NCBI GenBank assembly: GCA_964632485.1
Contig: CAZWDO010000010.1
Location: forward strand, 1 to 64,000
Origin: an uncultured bacterium
GTDB taxonomy: Bacteria > JAGOEH01
Reading direction: 5' to 3'
DNA length: 64,000 nt
The position numbers and the translations under genes are program-made. A model generated the notes under the pieces. It saw only the letters and a list, made by a program, of their open reading frames with translations, was not told the origin of the DNA and made no database searches. Positions 9,097 to 19,803 of this stretch are shown piece by piece; the first letter of the stretch is position 1; every line of letters begins with the position of its first letter.

Positions 9097-10428
9097 ATGA
9101 AAAGAAACATGTGGATTCTTTTTCTTGTGATAGCGATTGGCGTTCCGGGAATGTCGTGGGCGCAGAACAGCGCTGACTGTATCGACCAGGATGCCGTGCC
9201 CCGCACGCTCGAGGCCCTGAATAACTGGAATAAGATTGTCGATCTCAATTTTAGCACGTTACGAACGAAATCCCCCTCCCAATCGGCATTGCGCGAAGCC
9301 TATCAGGCGCTTTCCGGATGCCTGCAGACGCTTGATCCCGGCACGTTGAGCGGGAATGACCGCGCCACATGGCACCTGGCCTATGCTGTCAATCAGGCCA
9401 TGATGGGCTATGCCACTGAAGCCGCTCAGCATTTTATGCTGGCGGACCAGCACGGCGCGCCATCCGCGGATTTGAAAGCGCCCGCCGATGCTGTCAAATC
9501 GATTATCCTCGATAAGTTCGGCATTGTGGGCTTCGCCCTCGACGGGTTCTATACCATCGATGCAGGCGCGGGCACTGTCAATGTTATCCCCGGTATCAGC
9601 CTTGATACCTCCTTTGCCAAGCTGTTTCCCACTACCGCCACTTTGGGTGGACTTTTCAAGGAATCCAAGGAAGGATTCTTGCAGTGGTTGTCCCTTTATG
9701 TCCAAACCCATGGAAAAGGTATTGATCCGTTTATTTCTATGGAGTTGTATTGGGATAATTTTTCGCTAGCTCATTCGCTAAACAGCATGATTAAGTTCCT
9801 GGCCAAAGGCCCCAAGCTTAGCGATCTCGAAAAGGAACCGGGTCTGTATTGCGATGGTGAGCGCATTTATATGTGTTTTTATCTGCCCATGGATATTTCC
9901 GGTGTCGGACAATATACCATCCAGATTCAGAAAACCACTATCAATTTGGATGGCATCCCAGGTATCGCTTCGTTGAGCGATCCCGCCACTGGTCGCCTGA
10001 CCCGGGACGCTTTAAAACAGTTAACCGTCATCCAGCCCAAGATGACCTTCGATTTTTGGGTGGTCAATCGATGCGGCGGCGATATTCAAATCGATCTGAC
10101 CCAGGAGTTCGCGGACAGTTGGACTCCATTGAATCCAAAAATAATCGAAGATACAATTATTTTCTCTGATTTAAATTTTCGTTCTTCCGGTTACAAATAT
10201 GATCTTCTAATTCAACAACCGGGGTGCTTAACTTTTCATCAAAAAATTGGTATTGACCCCTATGGCAAGGTGATAAGACCCTATTTCGAAGGCGATTTGT
10301 TGATCCGCCCGGCCAAGAAAGGTGCGATCGATCGCATGAACTATTGTTGTTATCGTAATTACTGGAAATGGGTCGTTGCGCCGTTAGCCCTTGGCCTGGC
10401 CGCCGGCTGCTATACCATCAATCGCTAA
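9097..10428 (+). CDS. Exported hypothetical protein with C-terminal hydrophobic anchor
   Basis: GAGGAG SD, signal peptide, short TPR-like segment, C-terminal WKWVVAPLALGLAAG. Confidence 0.75.
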   Translation: MKRNMWILFLVIAIGVPGMSWAQNSADCIDQDAVPRTLEALNNWNKIVDLNFSTLRTKSPSQSALREAYQALSGCLQTLDPGTLSGNDRATWHLAYAVNQAMMGYATEAAQHFMLADQHGAPSADLKAPADAVKSIILDKFGIVGFALDGFYTIDAGAGTVNVIPGISLDTSFAKLFPTTATLGGLFKESKEGFLQWLSLYVQTHGKGIDPFISMELYWDNFSLAHSLNSMIKFLAKGPKLSDLEKEPGLYCDGERIYMCFYLPMDISGVGQYTIQIQKTTINLDGIPGIASLSDPATGRLTRDALKQLTVIQPKMTFDFWVVNRCGGDIQIDLTQEFADSWTPLNPKIIEDTIIFSDLNFRSSGYKYDLLIQQPGCLTFHQKIGIDPYGKVIRPYFEGDLLIRPAKKGAIDRMNYCCYRNYWKWVVAPLALGLAAGCYTINR

Positions 10429-10446
10429 ATTCTTGGAAGGATATAC

Positions 10447-11478
10447 ATGATGAAATTGATACAACTGCTTTTTGTGGTCCTGTCGCTGGCTATTGCGCTT
10501 TCAGCTCAGCCTTTGACTGAAATCAAATCGTCGCCCAAGGTAGCGACACTGAATCTGATCAATCCCACTATTTCGCCGGATGGCAAACGTATTGCCTACG
10601 AGGAATGGGTGTCGCTCAATATCCGTAAAACCAAAATCTGCGAAATCGGCAAACCGTTATGCAAACCGGTTAGTCCCTTGAACTATTCCGTGAACTTGAC
10701 TTGGATCCCCACAGATGCCGCGCAATATATATATGTAGCGTCCCCCGCCGGCAATCTGGACCTGCTTTCATCGAATTCGGCGCTCAATATCGCCTCGACG
10801 AGCGCGGAAAGCGACCCGCGTTTGCATTCGTCTGGAAAAATGGTCTTTACGGTCAACAATCAACTCAAGCTCAAACCGGACTACAAATCGGCTAAAGTGG
10901 TGGACCTGACGAATGGCTCCAACTATGCGGAAACGCTTCCGGTCATTTCACCGGACGGCGCAAGGGCGGCTTTTATTCTCCGTAAAGGGTCGAACACCAA
11001 TGAGGATTTGGCGATTATCGATCTCAGCGCCAAGTCGGTTCGGGAATTGACCGCGACAGAGGATTTATCAGAAACAAATCCCAGTTTTTCGCTCAATGGT
11101 CAGCAAATTGCCTTTTATCAGGTGAATAGCCAAAAAAAATGCAATCTGGCGGTGATTTCCGCCAATGGCGGTTCTCCCCGCATTATTGTGGAAGATGTTT
11201 ATTTTGAAAAGAGCGATCGCGAAGGACCGATCTGGATTGATGACCAAACCCTGCTGTATGTGAAAAACGACGCAGTTCGCAACAATCCCATCGAAAAGGT
11301 CGATCTAACTGCCAAAAGAACTCAAACCCTGCAAAGCGGTACGATTTTTAATCAGTTTTTAGACCTGGCGGTTCTTCCATCGGGAGTGAAAATGCTGGCT
11401 TTCAGCGGTCGTCCGGTAAAAAACAGTAATTACCATTGTATATATTACGGCGATTTAAGCCAACTTAAATTTCAATAA
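10447..11478 (+). CDS. TolB-like/PD40 beta-propeller protein
   Basis: Signal peptide; repeated PTISPDGKRIAY, PVISPDGARAAF, PSFSLNGQQIAF. Confidence 0.85.
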   Translation: MMKLIQLLFVVLSLAIALSAQPLTEIKSSPKVATLNLINPTISPDGKRIAYEEWVSLNIRKTKICEIGKPLCKPVSPLNYSVNLTWIPTDAAQYIYVASPAGNLDLLSSNSALNIASTSAESDPRLHSSGKMVFTVNNQLKLKPDYKSAKVVDLTNGSNYAETLPVISPDGARAAFILRKGSNTNEDLAIIDLSAKSVRELTATEDLSETNPSFSLNGQQIAFYQVNSQKKCNLAVISANGGSPRIIVEDVYFEKSDREGPIWIDDQTLLYVKNDAVRNNPIEKVDLTAKRTQTLQSGTIFNQFLDLAVLPSGVKMLAFSGRPVKNSNYHCIYYGDLSQLKFQ

Positions 11479-11507
11479 GCGGCCCCTTGGCGGGTAGGAG
11501 TTTCACT

Positions 11508-14500
11508 ATGATCGTAAAAAAAATCGTTACTTTCGCGCTCATGCTGATCGTACCCCTGGTTTTGACGGCGCCATCCGTTGTTCGCGCTGGCGCGCCAGGG
11601 ACTTTTTCAGTCAATGCCTTGGCGAATATGGCGTTGAATCCCTTAGAACTAACCACGGAGTTTTCCTGGCAGCCGGCATTAGACCCCGAGGGGGATGCCG
11701 TGACCTATCGGTTGGTGTTCATGGATGCCGCCGATACGCTATACAGTTCTGCATCGCTTATCGAGAATACGTATATGTTAACGAGCGATGAGATTAGTGT
11801 CGGGTTAACCGGCCGGGAAGGCCGGTTCGTCTGGCTGGTTATCGCTACTGATTCTCACGGAGAGAGTCAGATTTCGTCTAACCAGGGCTCCATTGCCATT
11901 GATTTTGCCGCGCCACGCGCCTCGCGCGTCCTGCCGATGCGTGATACTATTCCTGTTCCCGCAGAAGCGCAGGAACTCAATTTCCGCTGTTGGGAAGACG
12001 CTAATGACGGTACTGGCCTTGATACTCTCGCTGTATCCCTGGTTGCGATTACCGGATCGGAAAGCTATACCGTGGAACAGCTAAGTGTGGAATCCGTTAA
12101 TGAACACGAGTTTACGGTGATGGCGCTGGACACTACGCGCCGCGTATTTCTTCCGGGGAGTTCCGTCCGCTATGTCCTTCAGGTGGCGGATCGCCTGGGA
12201 AATTTTCTCACCGATACATCGCATCTCTATTTCATGCGTTTTGGTTTTGTCGCCGCGGAAAAGGAGCTTGATGAAGGCGATGCGCTCAGCGTACCGGTGT
12301 ATGGGGACTCTTCAGCATATACCCTGACGGTAGATCTGCTTGCCGATTCACTTTATATACTCAATGCGCCCCATCAGATTAAACATTTGTTATCAGCCCA
12401 ATCCCTTGCCATGCGTCTTGAAAAAACGGGTGAAGGTATGTTTACCGGCATCGTCGATTTTTTCGGCGCGCCAGGCAATGAGAATTTTTGGGGTATGGTT
12501 CGTTACCGCCTGAAAGCGGTCAACAAGTCCTTAACCAATCAAACGTTATACGATACCTTGACCGTGCGGATCTCGCCGGTAAACGATGTTCCATTGTTTC
12601 AATTTATGGCGCATCCGGATACAGTGATCGCTTCCAGGGATACTCTATGGCTGGAAGGCCACGTAGCGGATGCGGATGATCCGCTTAGCGCGTTGCAATT
12701 GCATTTTGATGCGGAGGCTAATCTGTCGGTCAAACTGATCGATTCGACGCATCTGGCTATTCTGTCCGCGGATGCCTGTCGCAGTCTTCCTCTCACGATC
12801 AATGAAGAGAGCTTGCGGCCGCGTTTCGTGGTTCACTTGAGCGATTCTGAAACCCAGTCGCCCGATTCGGTCTATTTTAATCTCGCCATGCTGCCGGTAT
12901 CGGCGTTCGAGTTGATCTGGCCAGTGAATGGCGATTCCATTCGCCTCAACGCGCAATCCGTCTGCCGCTGGAGCCAGGCTTCGATTGTCGCCGGTGCGGA
13001 TTGCGACTATTCGAAACAATATTTTGTCGAATACAGGGAATCCACGGGAAATGGATGGCGGCAATACTCGGTTTTTTCCGATACGCTCATGACCCTGAAC
13101 ACCCAGATGTTTCAGCCCGGGCATTCGTATGAATGGCGGGTTTTCGCGGAATACAATGGCAATCGTATTTATGCCGGCCACCATCGCAAATCCGCTATGG
13201 CCGATTTGAGCCGATCGTTTTATATTCAGTTATTGAATGCTCCCTCCTTTGATTCACGGCAAATCGATACGGTGCTTTTTACCAGTCAGGTTTCGCAATA
13301 TGCCGTTCCGTTCGCTTCATTGGTTGATTCACAGGATTCATTGCAGTATTTGCATTTCCGAATATATTCCGTCAAACCGCAAAGCGCGCGGGATTCGATT
13401 GAACTATCCCTGGGAAGCCGTGTGGACTCGGCATTTGGAGAAAATCTTTCCGTTATATACAGCCAAGCCGGCCAATTGATGATCGCGCCTACGGATCCCA
13501 TGGCCAATTCGTTTACTGCCGCGCAGCAGCGACGGGTAGTTCGCGTAGTCAATTCGCTGGGACAAGTTTCCGCGGATTCCATTTCGTTGCGTATCAATTT
13601 CCGGCGAATTCCCGCATTTTCATTGATTGATATTGCCGATACAGTGAATCAAAATCATCTGGTCTTGCGCTGGACCTCGGTTGCGAATAATGCGATACGC
13701 TATCGCGTTGAATACCGTCTCGGCGATGCGGGCGGTGAACCATTCCAGTCTAGTGGCGAATTGAGCGATACTTCATGGACACTGACCAACCTGCAGGATT
13801 TTCAATGGTATGAATGGCGCGTAACCGCTTATGACGTCAATNNNNNNNNNNCCTATCCCGCAGGGTCCTCTCTTCGGCATGTTAATGGCGATTTAGCCGA
13901 AAACTGCGGAGCGGATTTCTTTGTCAATTACAACCAGGCGCCCTTAGTCTTTACGCTTCTTTCCCCCGTATCTAACGCGGAAATCGATCCGCAAAACGCG
14001 CTGGATTTTGTATGGCATCGCGCTGTGGATGCCGACTCGATCGCTCCGTACATCGATGCGCTCACTTATCGGCTGATACTAACCTATCCGCTGAACAACC
14101 GTACGCTGATCGATACCGTGATTAGTGATACGACTCTTTTATTCAGCGCTGACCGCGTTCGCCAACTGCTCCTGTTGGGAGAGGTTTATACCTGGTCTGT
14201 AAGTGTTTCCGATGGTAACAACGCCACCACTCAAAGCCAATCTTCTTATGTGTTCCATACGACCGGCATTCCTTTTTCGGCGGCGCGAATTCTTTATCCC
14301 ACCAATCAGGATTATTCAAACCAGGTTCATTTACCATTGGTATTCATGTTTTCACTGGATTCGGCCTGTTTAGCCAATCCCAATTGTGGATACTCCAACT
14401 ACCGGCACAACATTATAATTGATGGCGTTAATCGTTTAACTGATCAAATCCTTGAATCGGAAATTGATACGATCGTCATGGATGCAACCGCCCTTAATGA

Positions 14501-15503
14501 TGGCGCGCATCAACTTATGATTCGAACCCATGCCGATGGCTATGAATCGATTGTTCGGTCATCTGAAGCTGTAACGTTCGTTCTTGATCGTCAGGCGCCT
14601 TTCATTTATTATACAGGCTCGCATACGGCGAAATACGATTTTATACAGGACCCTTTAGTGTTTAAGATCAAGGAATCCAACACTGGCATCGACACGGCAT
14701 CTTTGGAGTTACGTATTGACGGTGTCAGTCAGCCGGGAGTTATCCTGCAAGCGGGAGTCAGTGATACGACGATTGTCCGTTTTGCCAATCCCTCCGTATT
14801 CCAGTATGATCATGATTATAATCTGGAGGTGCAAATTGCCGATCGAGCTGGCAACCGCGACAGTATTGGATTAAGCGTGTCAACCATTCCCGCCAAGCCA
14901 ACGCGTCCGGTCTTGCTTTTCCCGGCGACAAATTTTCAAATCACATCCACTGCAGATTTGCTTTTCCATTTCGAGTGGCAGGCGTCACAGGACCCCGATT
15001 CCAATATTGTTCAATACGAAGTTTATCTCAATCAAGCGTTGTGGAACACGATACCTAATTATTCCGATTCTGCGGTTCTTCATTCCAGCGCGCTATTTGG
15101 TCTTGGAAACGGTACTTATCAATGGTATGTGAAAGTTATTGATACTCGCGGCAATGCGGACAGTTCCGAAGTGGCCACCTTTACTGTTAATATTGGAGAA
15201 CTGGTCAACGATTTTTACTTTTACCCCAATCCGGTGGATCGCGTCGGGATCGTGTCGCGGTTTCACCTTCTGCTTTCAGAGCCGGCTGAGTTGAATTTGC
15301 GAGTGATGGATTTGGCTGGCCAAATTGTAGCGGCCCCCGCTCGCGACCTGTCGTTGCCGAATGGGGAGCAAGTTATTGAATGGAATTTAGTTGATTATTT
15401 GGGTCGCGAATTGGCCAATGGCGTATATATTGCCGAGCTGCAAGCGAAACAACCAGCCGGAAAAGTCGAAAAAAAATTTTATAAAATAGCGGTTTCCCGT
15501 TGA
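11508..15503 (+). CDS. Large exported Ig/FN3-repeat protein with T9SS-type (FlgD-Ig) C-terminal sorting domain; spans an assembly gap
   Basis: Repeated W..A.DP.GD..TY...Y.W.V.A.D modules; C-terminal FYFYPNP...IEWN...LANGVY; Ns at 13842-13851. Confidence 0.8.
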   Translation: MIVKKIVTFALMLIVPLVLTAPSVVRAGAPGTFSVNALANMALNPLELTTEFSWQPALDPEGDAVTYRLVFMDAADTLYSSASLIENTYMLTSDEISVGLTGREGRFVWLVIATDSHGESQISSNQGSIAIDFAAPRASRVLPMRDTIPVPAEAQELNFRCWEDANDGTGLDTLAVSLVAITGSESYTVEQLSVESVNEHEFTVMALDTTRRVFLPGSSVRYVLQVADRLGNFLTDTSHLYFMRFGFVAAEKELDEGDALSVPVYGDSSAYTLTVDLLADSLYILNAPHQIKHLLSAQSLAMRLEKTGEGMFTGIVDFFGAPGNENFWGMVRYRLKAVNKSLTNQTLYDTLTVRISPVNDVPLFQFMAHPDTVIASRDTLWLEGHVADADDPLSALQLHFDAEANLSVKLIDSTHLAILSADACRSLPLTINEESLRPRFVVHLSDSETQSPDSVYFNLAMLPVSAFELIWPVNGDSIRLNAQSVCRWSQASIVAGADCDYSKQYFVEYRESTGNGWRQYSVFSDTLMTLNTQMFQPGHSYEWRVFAEYNGNRIYAGHHRKSAMADLSRSFYIQLLNAPSFDSRQIDTVLFTSQVSQYAVPFASLVDSQDSLQYLHFRIYSVKPQSARDSIELSLGSRVDSAFGENLSVIYSQAGQLMIAPTDPMANSFTAAQQRRVVRVVNSLGQVSADSISLRINFRRIPAFSLIDIADTVNQNHLVLRWTSVANNAIRYRVEYRLGDAGGEPFQSSGELSDTSWTLTNLQDFQWYEWRVTAYDVNXXXXYPAGSSLRHVNGDLAENCGADFFVNYNQAPLVFTLLSPVSNAEIDPQNALDFVWHRAVDADSIAPYIDALTYRLILTYPLNNRTLIDTVISDTTLLFSADRVRQLLLLGEVYTWSVSVSDGNNATTQSQSSYVFHTTGIPFSAARILYPTNQDYSNQVHLPLVFMFSLDSACLANPNCGYSNYRHNIIIDGVNRLTDQILESEIDTIVMDATALNDGAHQLMIRTHADGYESIVRSSEAVTFVLDRQAPFIYYTGSHTAKYDFIQDPLVFKIKESNTGIDTASLELRIDGVSQPGVILQAGVSDTTIVRFANPSVFQYDHDYNLEVQIADRAGNRDSIGLSVSTIPAKPTRPVLLFPATNFQITSTADLLFHFEWQASQDPDSNIVQYEVYLNQALWNTIPNYSDSAVLHSSALFGLGNGTYQWYVKVIDTRGNADSSEVATFTVNIGELVNDFYFYPNPVDRVGIVSRFHLLLSEPAELNLRVMDLAGQIVAAPARDLSLPNGEQVIEWNLVDYLGRELANGVYIAELQAKQPAGKVEKKFYKIAVSR
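13842..13851. other. Assembly gap (10 N)
   Basis: Run of N in the sequence. Confidence 1.
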
Positions 15504-15517
15504 CGGGGGAGGTGACC

Positions 15518-16504
15518 ATGAAACGATTTTATCTTTTTTTGTTAGTGATCATTGGCGCGGCATCGGTCATTCGGGCTGAGAGTTCCGATGCGGCGGCCAT
15601 GTTGAAATTTGCGTTTTCTCCCCGCGCAGCGGCGATGGGTCATGCCTATACTGCGATCGCGGAGGGGTTGCCCACAATTTTCTACAATCCGTCCGGATTG
15701 GGAAAGTCCCTCACCGGGCTGGAAATCGGCGCTAATTCCGCGCAACTTTCCGGCGAAACTGCCGACCTGGATAACCAGTATCATAGCGTTATGGTGGGCC
15801 TTCCCACCCAGTTCGGTAATTGGGGAGTCGCCTTTGTCTATCACTCCATCGGTGATATCGAACAAAGAGATGTGAATGGCGTTCGGTTGGGCGTTTTCGA
15901 TTTTTCCAGCTCATTGATTTATCTGAGCTGGGGTAAAACTTTTTTCCTGGGACCACTGGGAGATATGTCCGTCGGTTTGACCACGAAATATCTCTCCCAA
16001 TCGTTTGGCGGAGATTTGGGTTCCGCTAATGGTTTGGGAGGATTTGATCTGGGATTGTTGGTCAAACCCCTTGCTGGATTCGGCATGGACGAACTTTCCC
16101 TGGGCATTGTCATGGCCGATTTGGGTGGATCGGTTAAGTGGAAAAGCGGGCGTAAGGATGAAATTGATCCCAAGGCTAAATTGGGGCTCGGTTATGAATA
16201 TTTTATGAGCAGTCTAACTCTCAAAATCGCCATGGATGCCTGGCAATGCAAAGATGCCCCGTTGCGATTGAGCCTGGGTTCAGAAATCGCTTATCGGTCC
16301 AATCCGAAATATGTGTTTAAATTCCGCGCAGGAATTCGTGATTTTTTTGTCGAGGAACGCTACGAGGACATGGATTTTTCCACCAATGCTCAGTTCAGCC
16401 TGGGCCTGGGAGCCCAATTGTTCAAACATTTTCTGGTTGATTATGCCTATTTAAACCAGAATTACGGCAGCCTCAATTATTTCGGTATTGGTTACAAATT
16501 TTAA
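15518..16504 (+). CDS. PorV/PorQ-family outer-membrane beta-barrel
   Basis: SPRAAAMGHAYTAIAEG...FYNPSGL signature, amphipathic strands, VDYAY, terminal Phe; GGAGG SD. Confidence 0.85.
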   Translation: MKRFYLFLLVIIGAASVIRAESSDAAAMLKFAFSPRAAAMGHAYTAIAEGLPTIFYNPSGLGKSLTGLEIGANSAQLSGETADLDNQYHSVMVGLPTQFGNWGVAFVYHSIGDIEQRDVNGVRLGVFDFSSSLIYLSWGKTFFLGPLGDMSVGLTTKYLSQSFGGDLGSANGLGGFDLGLLVKPLAGFGMDELSLGIVMADLGGSVKWKSGRKDEIDPKAKLGLGYEYFMSSLTLKIAMDAWQCKDAPLRLSLGSEIAYRSNPKYVFKFRAGIRDFFVEERYEDMDFSTNAQFSLGLGAQLFKHFLVDYAYLNQNYGSLNYFGIGYKF

Positions 16505-16522
16505 TTAAAGGGACGCAATATT

Positions 16523-17923
16523 ATGAACTCTGAATTTTATCGCATCAAGCGCCATCTGACGCTTCTGTTTTTAGCGTTTCTGCCGCTTCTGCTTTTTTCC
16601 TGTAAAAAACCGATTCTCGTCAAGGTTTATAGCCTGAACGACTATATTGCTTATAATCAAAAAAAACCAGTTGCTGGTGTGACCATTAAGTTGAACGATG
16701 CAAAAAACAGCTCGTTTGTGACTAATGCTACCGGTCAGATTACATTGAGCGCTGAACTCACTGAAGATCAAAACAAGGGTAAGCAGAACCTTGAGGTTGT
16801 CTTCTATCACCCACAATATGTGGACAATCAGCGCTCACTCTATGCGAAAACTCGTTTCCTGTTCAATAAGGTGAGTCTCAAGAAATTTGAATCCCTTCCC
16901 ATGGAAGTGTATGTTTGGGATCCGCCCTTGGCGTTAACTGAGGTCAAAGCATCCACCATTAGTTCCATTACTCAGGAAATACTGGATAGTGTGAGCGTGC
17001 GTTTGGAATATGTTGGCCTTAGGATTCCTCAGGGGAACGGATTCATCTCCGCGAACGCTTTAAAAAACAGCCCATGGGAAATTGGACGTTTCGATGATGA
17101 ATATATTTCTTCCGATGCCGGTTCCAATAATCTGGATATCCAATTTGATTTTTTCATTTCCGATACGACCTATCAGATTGGTCGCTACCAGGCGCATCCC
17201 GATTCGATTGCTCCCGGGCGGCATGCCTGGTTGCCCGCCGGCCTTTATCGATTCGAGGCCGAGCGTAATCAGTATTATACCTCCAAGGATACTTTCTATC
17301 TTGATCCGGGAAGGGTCAACGAGATTACGATCGGATTGAAACCGAAATTTTTTGTTTGCCCCAAGTGTCACAATCGGTTAAATCGTCGCGATATTCTGCT
17401 CAATGACGGATGTCCGATTTGCGGGTATAGTTTGCCGGAATACCTTTTCAAGTGTCCGGTGTGCAAAAAGCCCAGTTTTATCGATGACTGCGCTGGCAAA
17501 TGTTGTTATATCGAATTGGGATTATGCCGCAGTTTGAGCTGTCCTGTCGATAAGAAAGTGTACAGCATGGAGAAGATCACCGAAACGCGCGGTAACTGTC
17601 CCGACCATCCCCAGGAGATGCTGGCGGACATGATCATGTGCCAAACCTGCGGTAAAAGCTATCTTGATTTCGAGTACAATCCCAATCCCGCCAGTTTGAA
17701 GCAGGATTTTTGCCCCAATGCCTTTTGCGCAAGCAATCGCTATATTTGCCCCAAGTGCGGAACGAAAGCTGCCGGCAATCAATTGATCGCCACGCGCGGT
17801 CTTTGTCCGAAATGCCAGTTCCGGATTATCAAAAAAACTCGTTGCGATAAATGCGGACTGGATGTAGAGTTGCAAAAAATCAATGGCAACCAATGCCCTA
17901 AATGCGGCAATCCCTTGTATTGA
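16523..17923 (+). CDS. Lipoprotein with C-terminal multi-CxxC (zinc-ribbon) array
   Basis: Lipobox LLFSC; 24 Cys in the last ~190 aa, mostly as CPxC pairs. Confidence 0.75.
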   Translation: MNSEFYRIKRHLTLLFLAFLPLLLFSCKKPILVKVYSLNDYIAYNQKKPVAGVTIKLNDAKNSSFVTNATGQITLSAELTEDQNKGKQNLEVVFYHPQYVDNQRSLYAKTRFLFNKVSLKKFESLPMEVYVWDPPLALTEVKASTISSITQEILDSVSVRLEYVGLRIPQGNGFISANALKNSPWEIGRFDDEYISSDAGSNNLDIQFDFFISDTTYQIGRYQAHPDSIAPGRHAWLPAGLYRFEAERNQYYTSKDTFYLDPGRVNEITIGLKPKFFVCPKCHNRLNRRDILLNDGCPICGYSLPEYLFKCPVCKKPSFIDDCAGKCCYIELGLCRSLSCPVDKKVYSMEKITETRGNCPDHPQEMLADMIMCQTCGKSYLDFEYNPNPASLKQDFCPNAFCASNRYICPKCGTKAAGNQLIATRGLCPKCQFRIIKKTRCDKCGLDVELQKINGNQCPKCGNPLY

Positions 17924-17936
17924 GGAGGTTAATTCC

Positions 17937-19787
17937 ATGAAAAGCTATTTGAAATTTGGAATAGTGTGCTTGGCATTGTTGGTTGCCATACAGGCGCAAG
18001 CGGGTGAATTGAAAATTGACAACTGTCTGCCGCAAGCCACACTTAAAATTGTTTCCCAAACATCCGGTGTCAAATTTGAAACGAGTTTTTCACCGGTTCC
18101 TAATCAAATGACATCAATCATCATTCCGGAAGATGTCAGGCGTTTCTCCCTGAGCCTATCGGCTGCCGGATATGATGCGCGGATTTATGACGATAAAAAC
18201 GCGGAAATTAAAACTGCGTGGGACAATTCCACCTCAGTTCGACATATCCGTTTGCTGGCGCATTATAATCTGGATATCAACACTTATCTCAGCGACGTTT
18301 TAATTACAATCAGTGTCGCTGATAATCGCCAGGCAATCATTCCCACCGCAGGTCTCCTCAGTGGAAAGAACGGCCGCTGTTCGGTGGATCTGGCTGCGGA
18401 TCCCAAGGCTGAACTTATTCTTATCGGGAAAAAGAGCGGTTATTCTGATTTCAGACTCTTTACCAAGTCGGATTTTATTGGGGGGAGTCGCATTAGTCTC
18501 GGCGGCGCTGCAACCCGTAAACTCGATTTATTTACCAAACTGGAATTGGAATGGCGGCCACACTATCTCTTCGAAGAGCTGAAACCTATCGCGGCCGAAC
18601 AAGACACCACTCCGCCCCAGGTTCGCTTCAAGGGGAAAAACGTTGCGTGGAATGCTGATAAACGTATTTTATCTTGTGTGTTGGGCGGTAAGGAATTCTA
18701 TCCCAGAGTCTCAATTATCAAACCCGGTTACTTAGCTGTGGATCGAGTGTTTCGTGATTTTGACCAGGCCGTTCCTGCCCGGCGTGATTTAAAACTGAAT
18801 GTTATTTCTTCTTCGGATATCGATGAATTCGAAGCAACATCTGTCGTCTTTGAATTTTTGAATGATCGCTATTCAATCCCAATTCTTGACCTGGAAAAAT
18901 TTGTGTCATGCGATCATCGCTATGAATTTGAAATACCCACGGATTCATATCAGGACCGGCAGAAAATCGAGAGCGAGTTTTCATTGATTCTGCATACTCG
19001 TGAATATTTTGAATTGGCTCGGGAAGTCTATTCCAATAAGGAGTATGAAAAAGCGGTCCGTATGATTCAACGGTTGATTTTCGCCCGCAAGGATAATCAG
19101 ACTATTCCCTATCTTTCAATTTTCTTTGCGCGCATGATCTGGGACTATTATGAAACCATAAAATCGGAGACTAAGGGACAGAAGGTTCTTCAAACTTTTG
19201 AATCATATTCGGCCCCTAGCGTTTATGGGGTTCGTATGAAAACCAGTGGCACCGATGTCAACGATATATGCTATGCGCTTTTTACTTGGGACGAAGGGAC
19301 GACGATTATCCCGATATTGAAGAAACATGGCGGATTGCCCCTCGCCGAAGTCAAAGACATGTTGGATAACGCTGGTTTGACTATGAATCAGGAAGAATTG
19401 GACCTGTTTTGGGAGTATCTCAAACAGCGGGAGCTCCTGGCTTTGATTACCGATCGGGAGCAATTGTCGTTTTTTACCGGGATGGGAGAGCTACAATCAG
19501 CGGTTTTTGCCCAGTTACCGGTTTTAAATCCCGCGTTTCAGGACGTGAATAATTCACCTTATCAAGGTTACGATCTGTTGACTGCAATCGACAACCAGAT
19601 TGCCAAGGGGATGCCACCCAGTCGTCGCGCCGTCTACCGCAATGTATTGCGCAGTTCGGTGATGATGTTCGTGGAGGCCAACCACATGAGCGGAAATCCA
19701 GCTTACTGCACCCGCAGCCAACGCGCTTATGATTATTTCACTCTCAAATATCCCGGAGTATCTATCGATCCGGTGCCCTGTCCCTGA
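17937..19787 (+). CDS. Exported hypothetical protein
   Basis: GAGGAGG SD, signal peptide AQA, beta-rich N-half and helical C-half. Confidence 0.75.
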   Translation: MKSYLKFGIVCLALLVAIQAQAGELKIDNCLPQATLKIVSQTSGVKFETSFSPVPNQMTSIIIPEDVRRFSLSLSAAGYDARIYDDKNAEIKTAWDNSTSVRHIRLLAHYNLDINTYLSDVLITISVADNRQAIIPTAGLLSGKNGRCSVDLAADPKAELILIGKKSGYSDFRLFTKSDFIGGSRISLGGAATRKLDLFTKLELEWRPHYLFEELKPIAAEQDTTPPQVRFKGKNVAWNADKRILSCVLGGKEFYPRVSIIKPGYLAVDRVFRDFDQAVPARRDLKLNVISSSDIDEFEATSVVFEFLNDRYSIPILDLEKFVSCDHRYEFEIPTDSYQDRQKIESEFSLILHTREYFELAREVYSNKEYEKAVRMIQRLIFARKDNQTIPYLSIFFARMIWDYYETIKSETKGQKVLQTFESYSAPSVYGVRMKTSGTDVNDICYALFTWDEGTTIIPILKKHGGLPLAEVKDMLDNAGLTMNQEELDLFWEYLKQRELLALITDREQLSFFTGMGELQSAVFAQLPVLNPAFQDVNNSPYQGYDLLTAIDNQIAKGMPPSRRAVYRNVLRSSVMMFVEANHMSGNPAYCTRSQRAYDYFTLKYPGVSIDPVPCP

Positions 19788-19803
19788 ACGAAAGGAGCTT
19801 TTC

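Noticed and set aside
13842-13851. Treating the 1338-aa ORF length as exact
   Set aside because: It crosses an N gap of unknown true size, so frame continuity is unverified
17357-17371. c-type cytochrome (CPKCH)
   Set aside because: Only one CxxCH among many His-less CxxC pairs; fits zinc ribbons better
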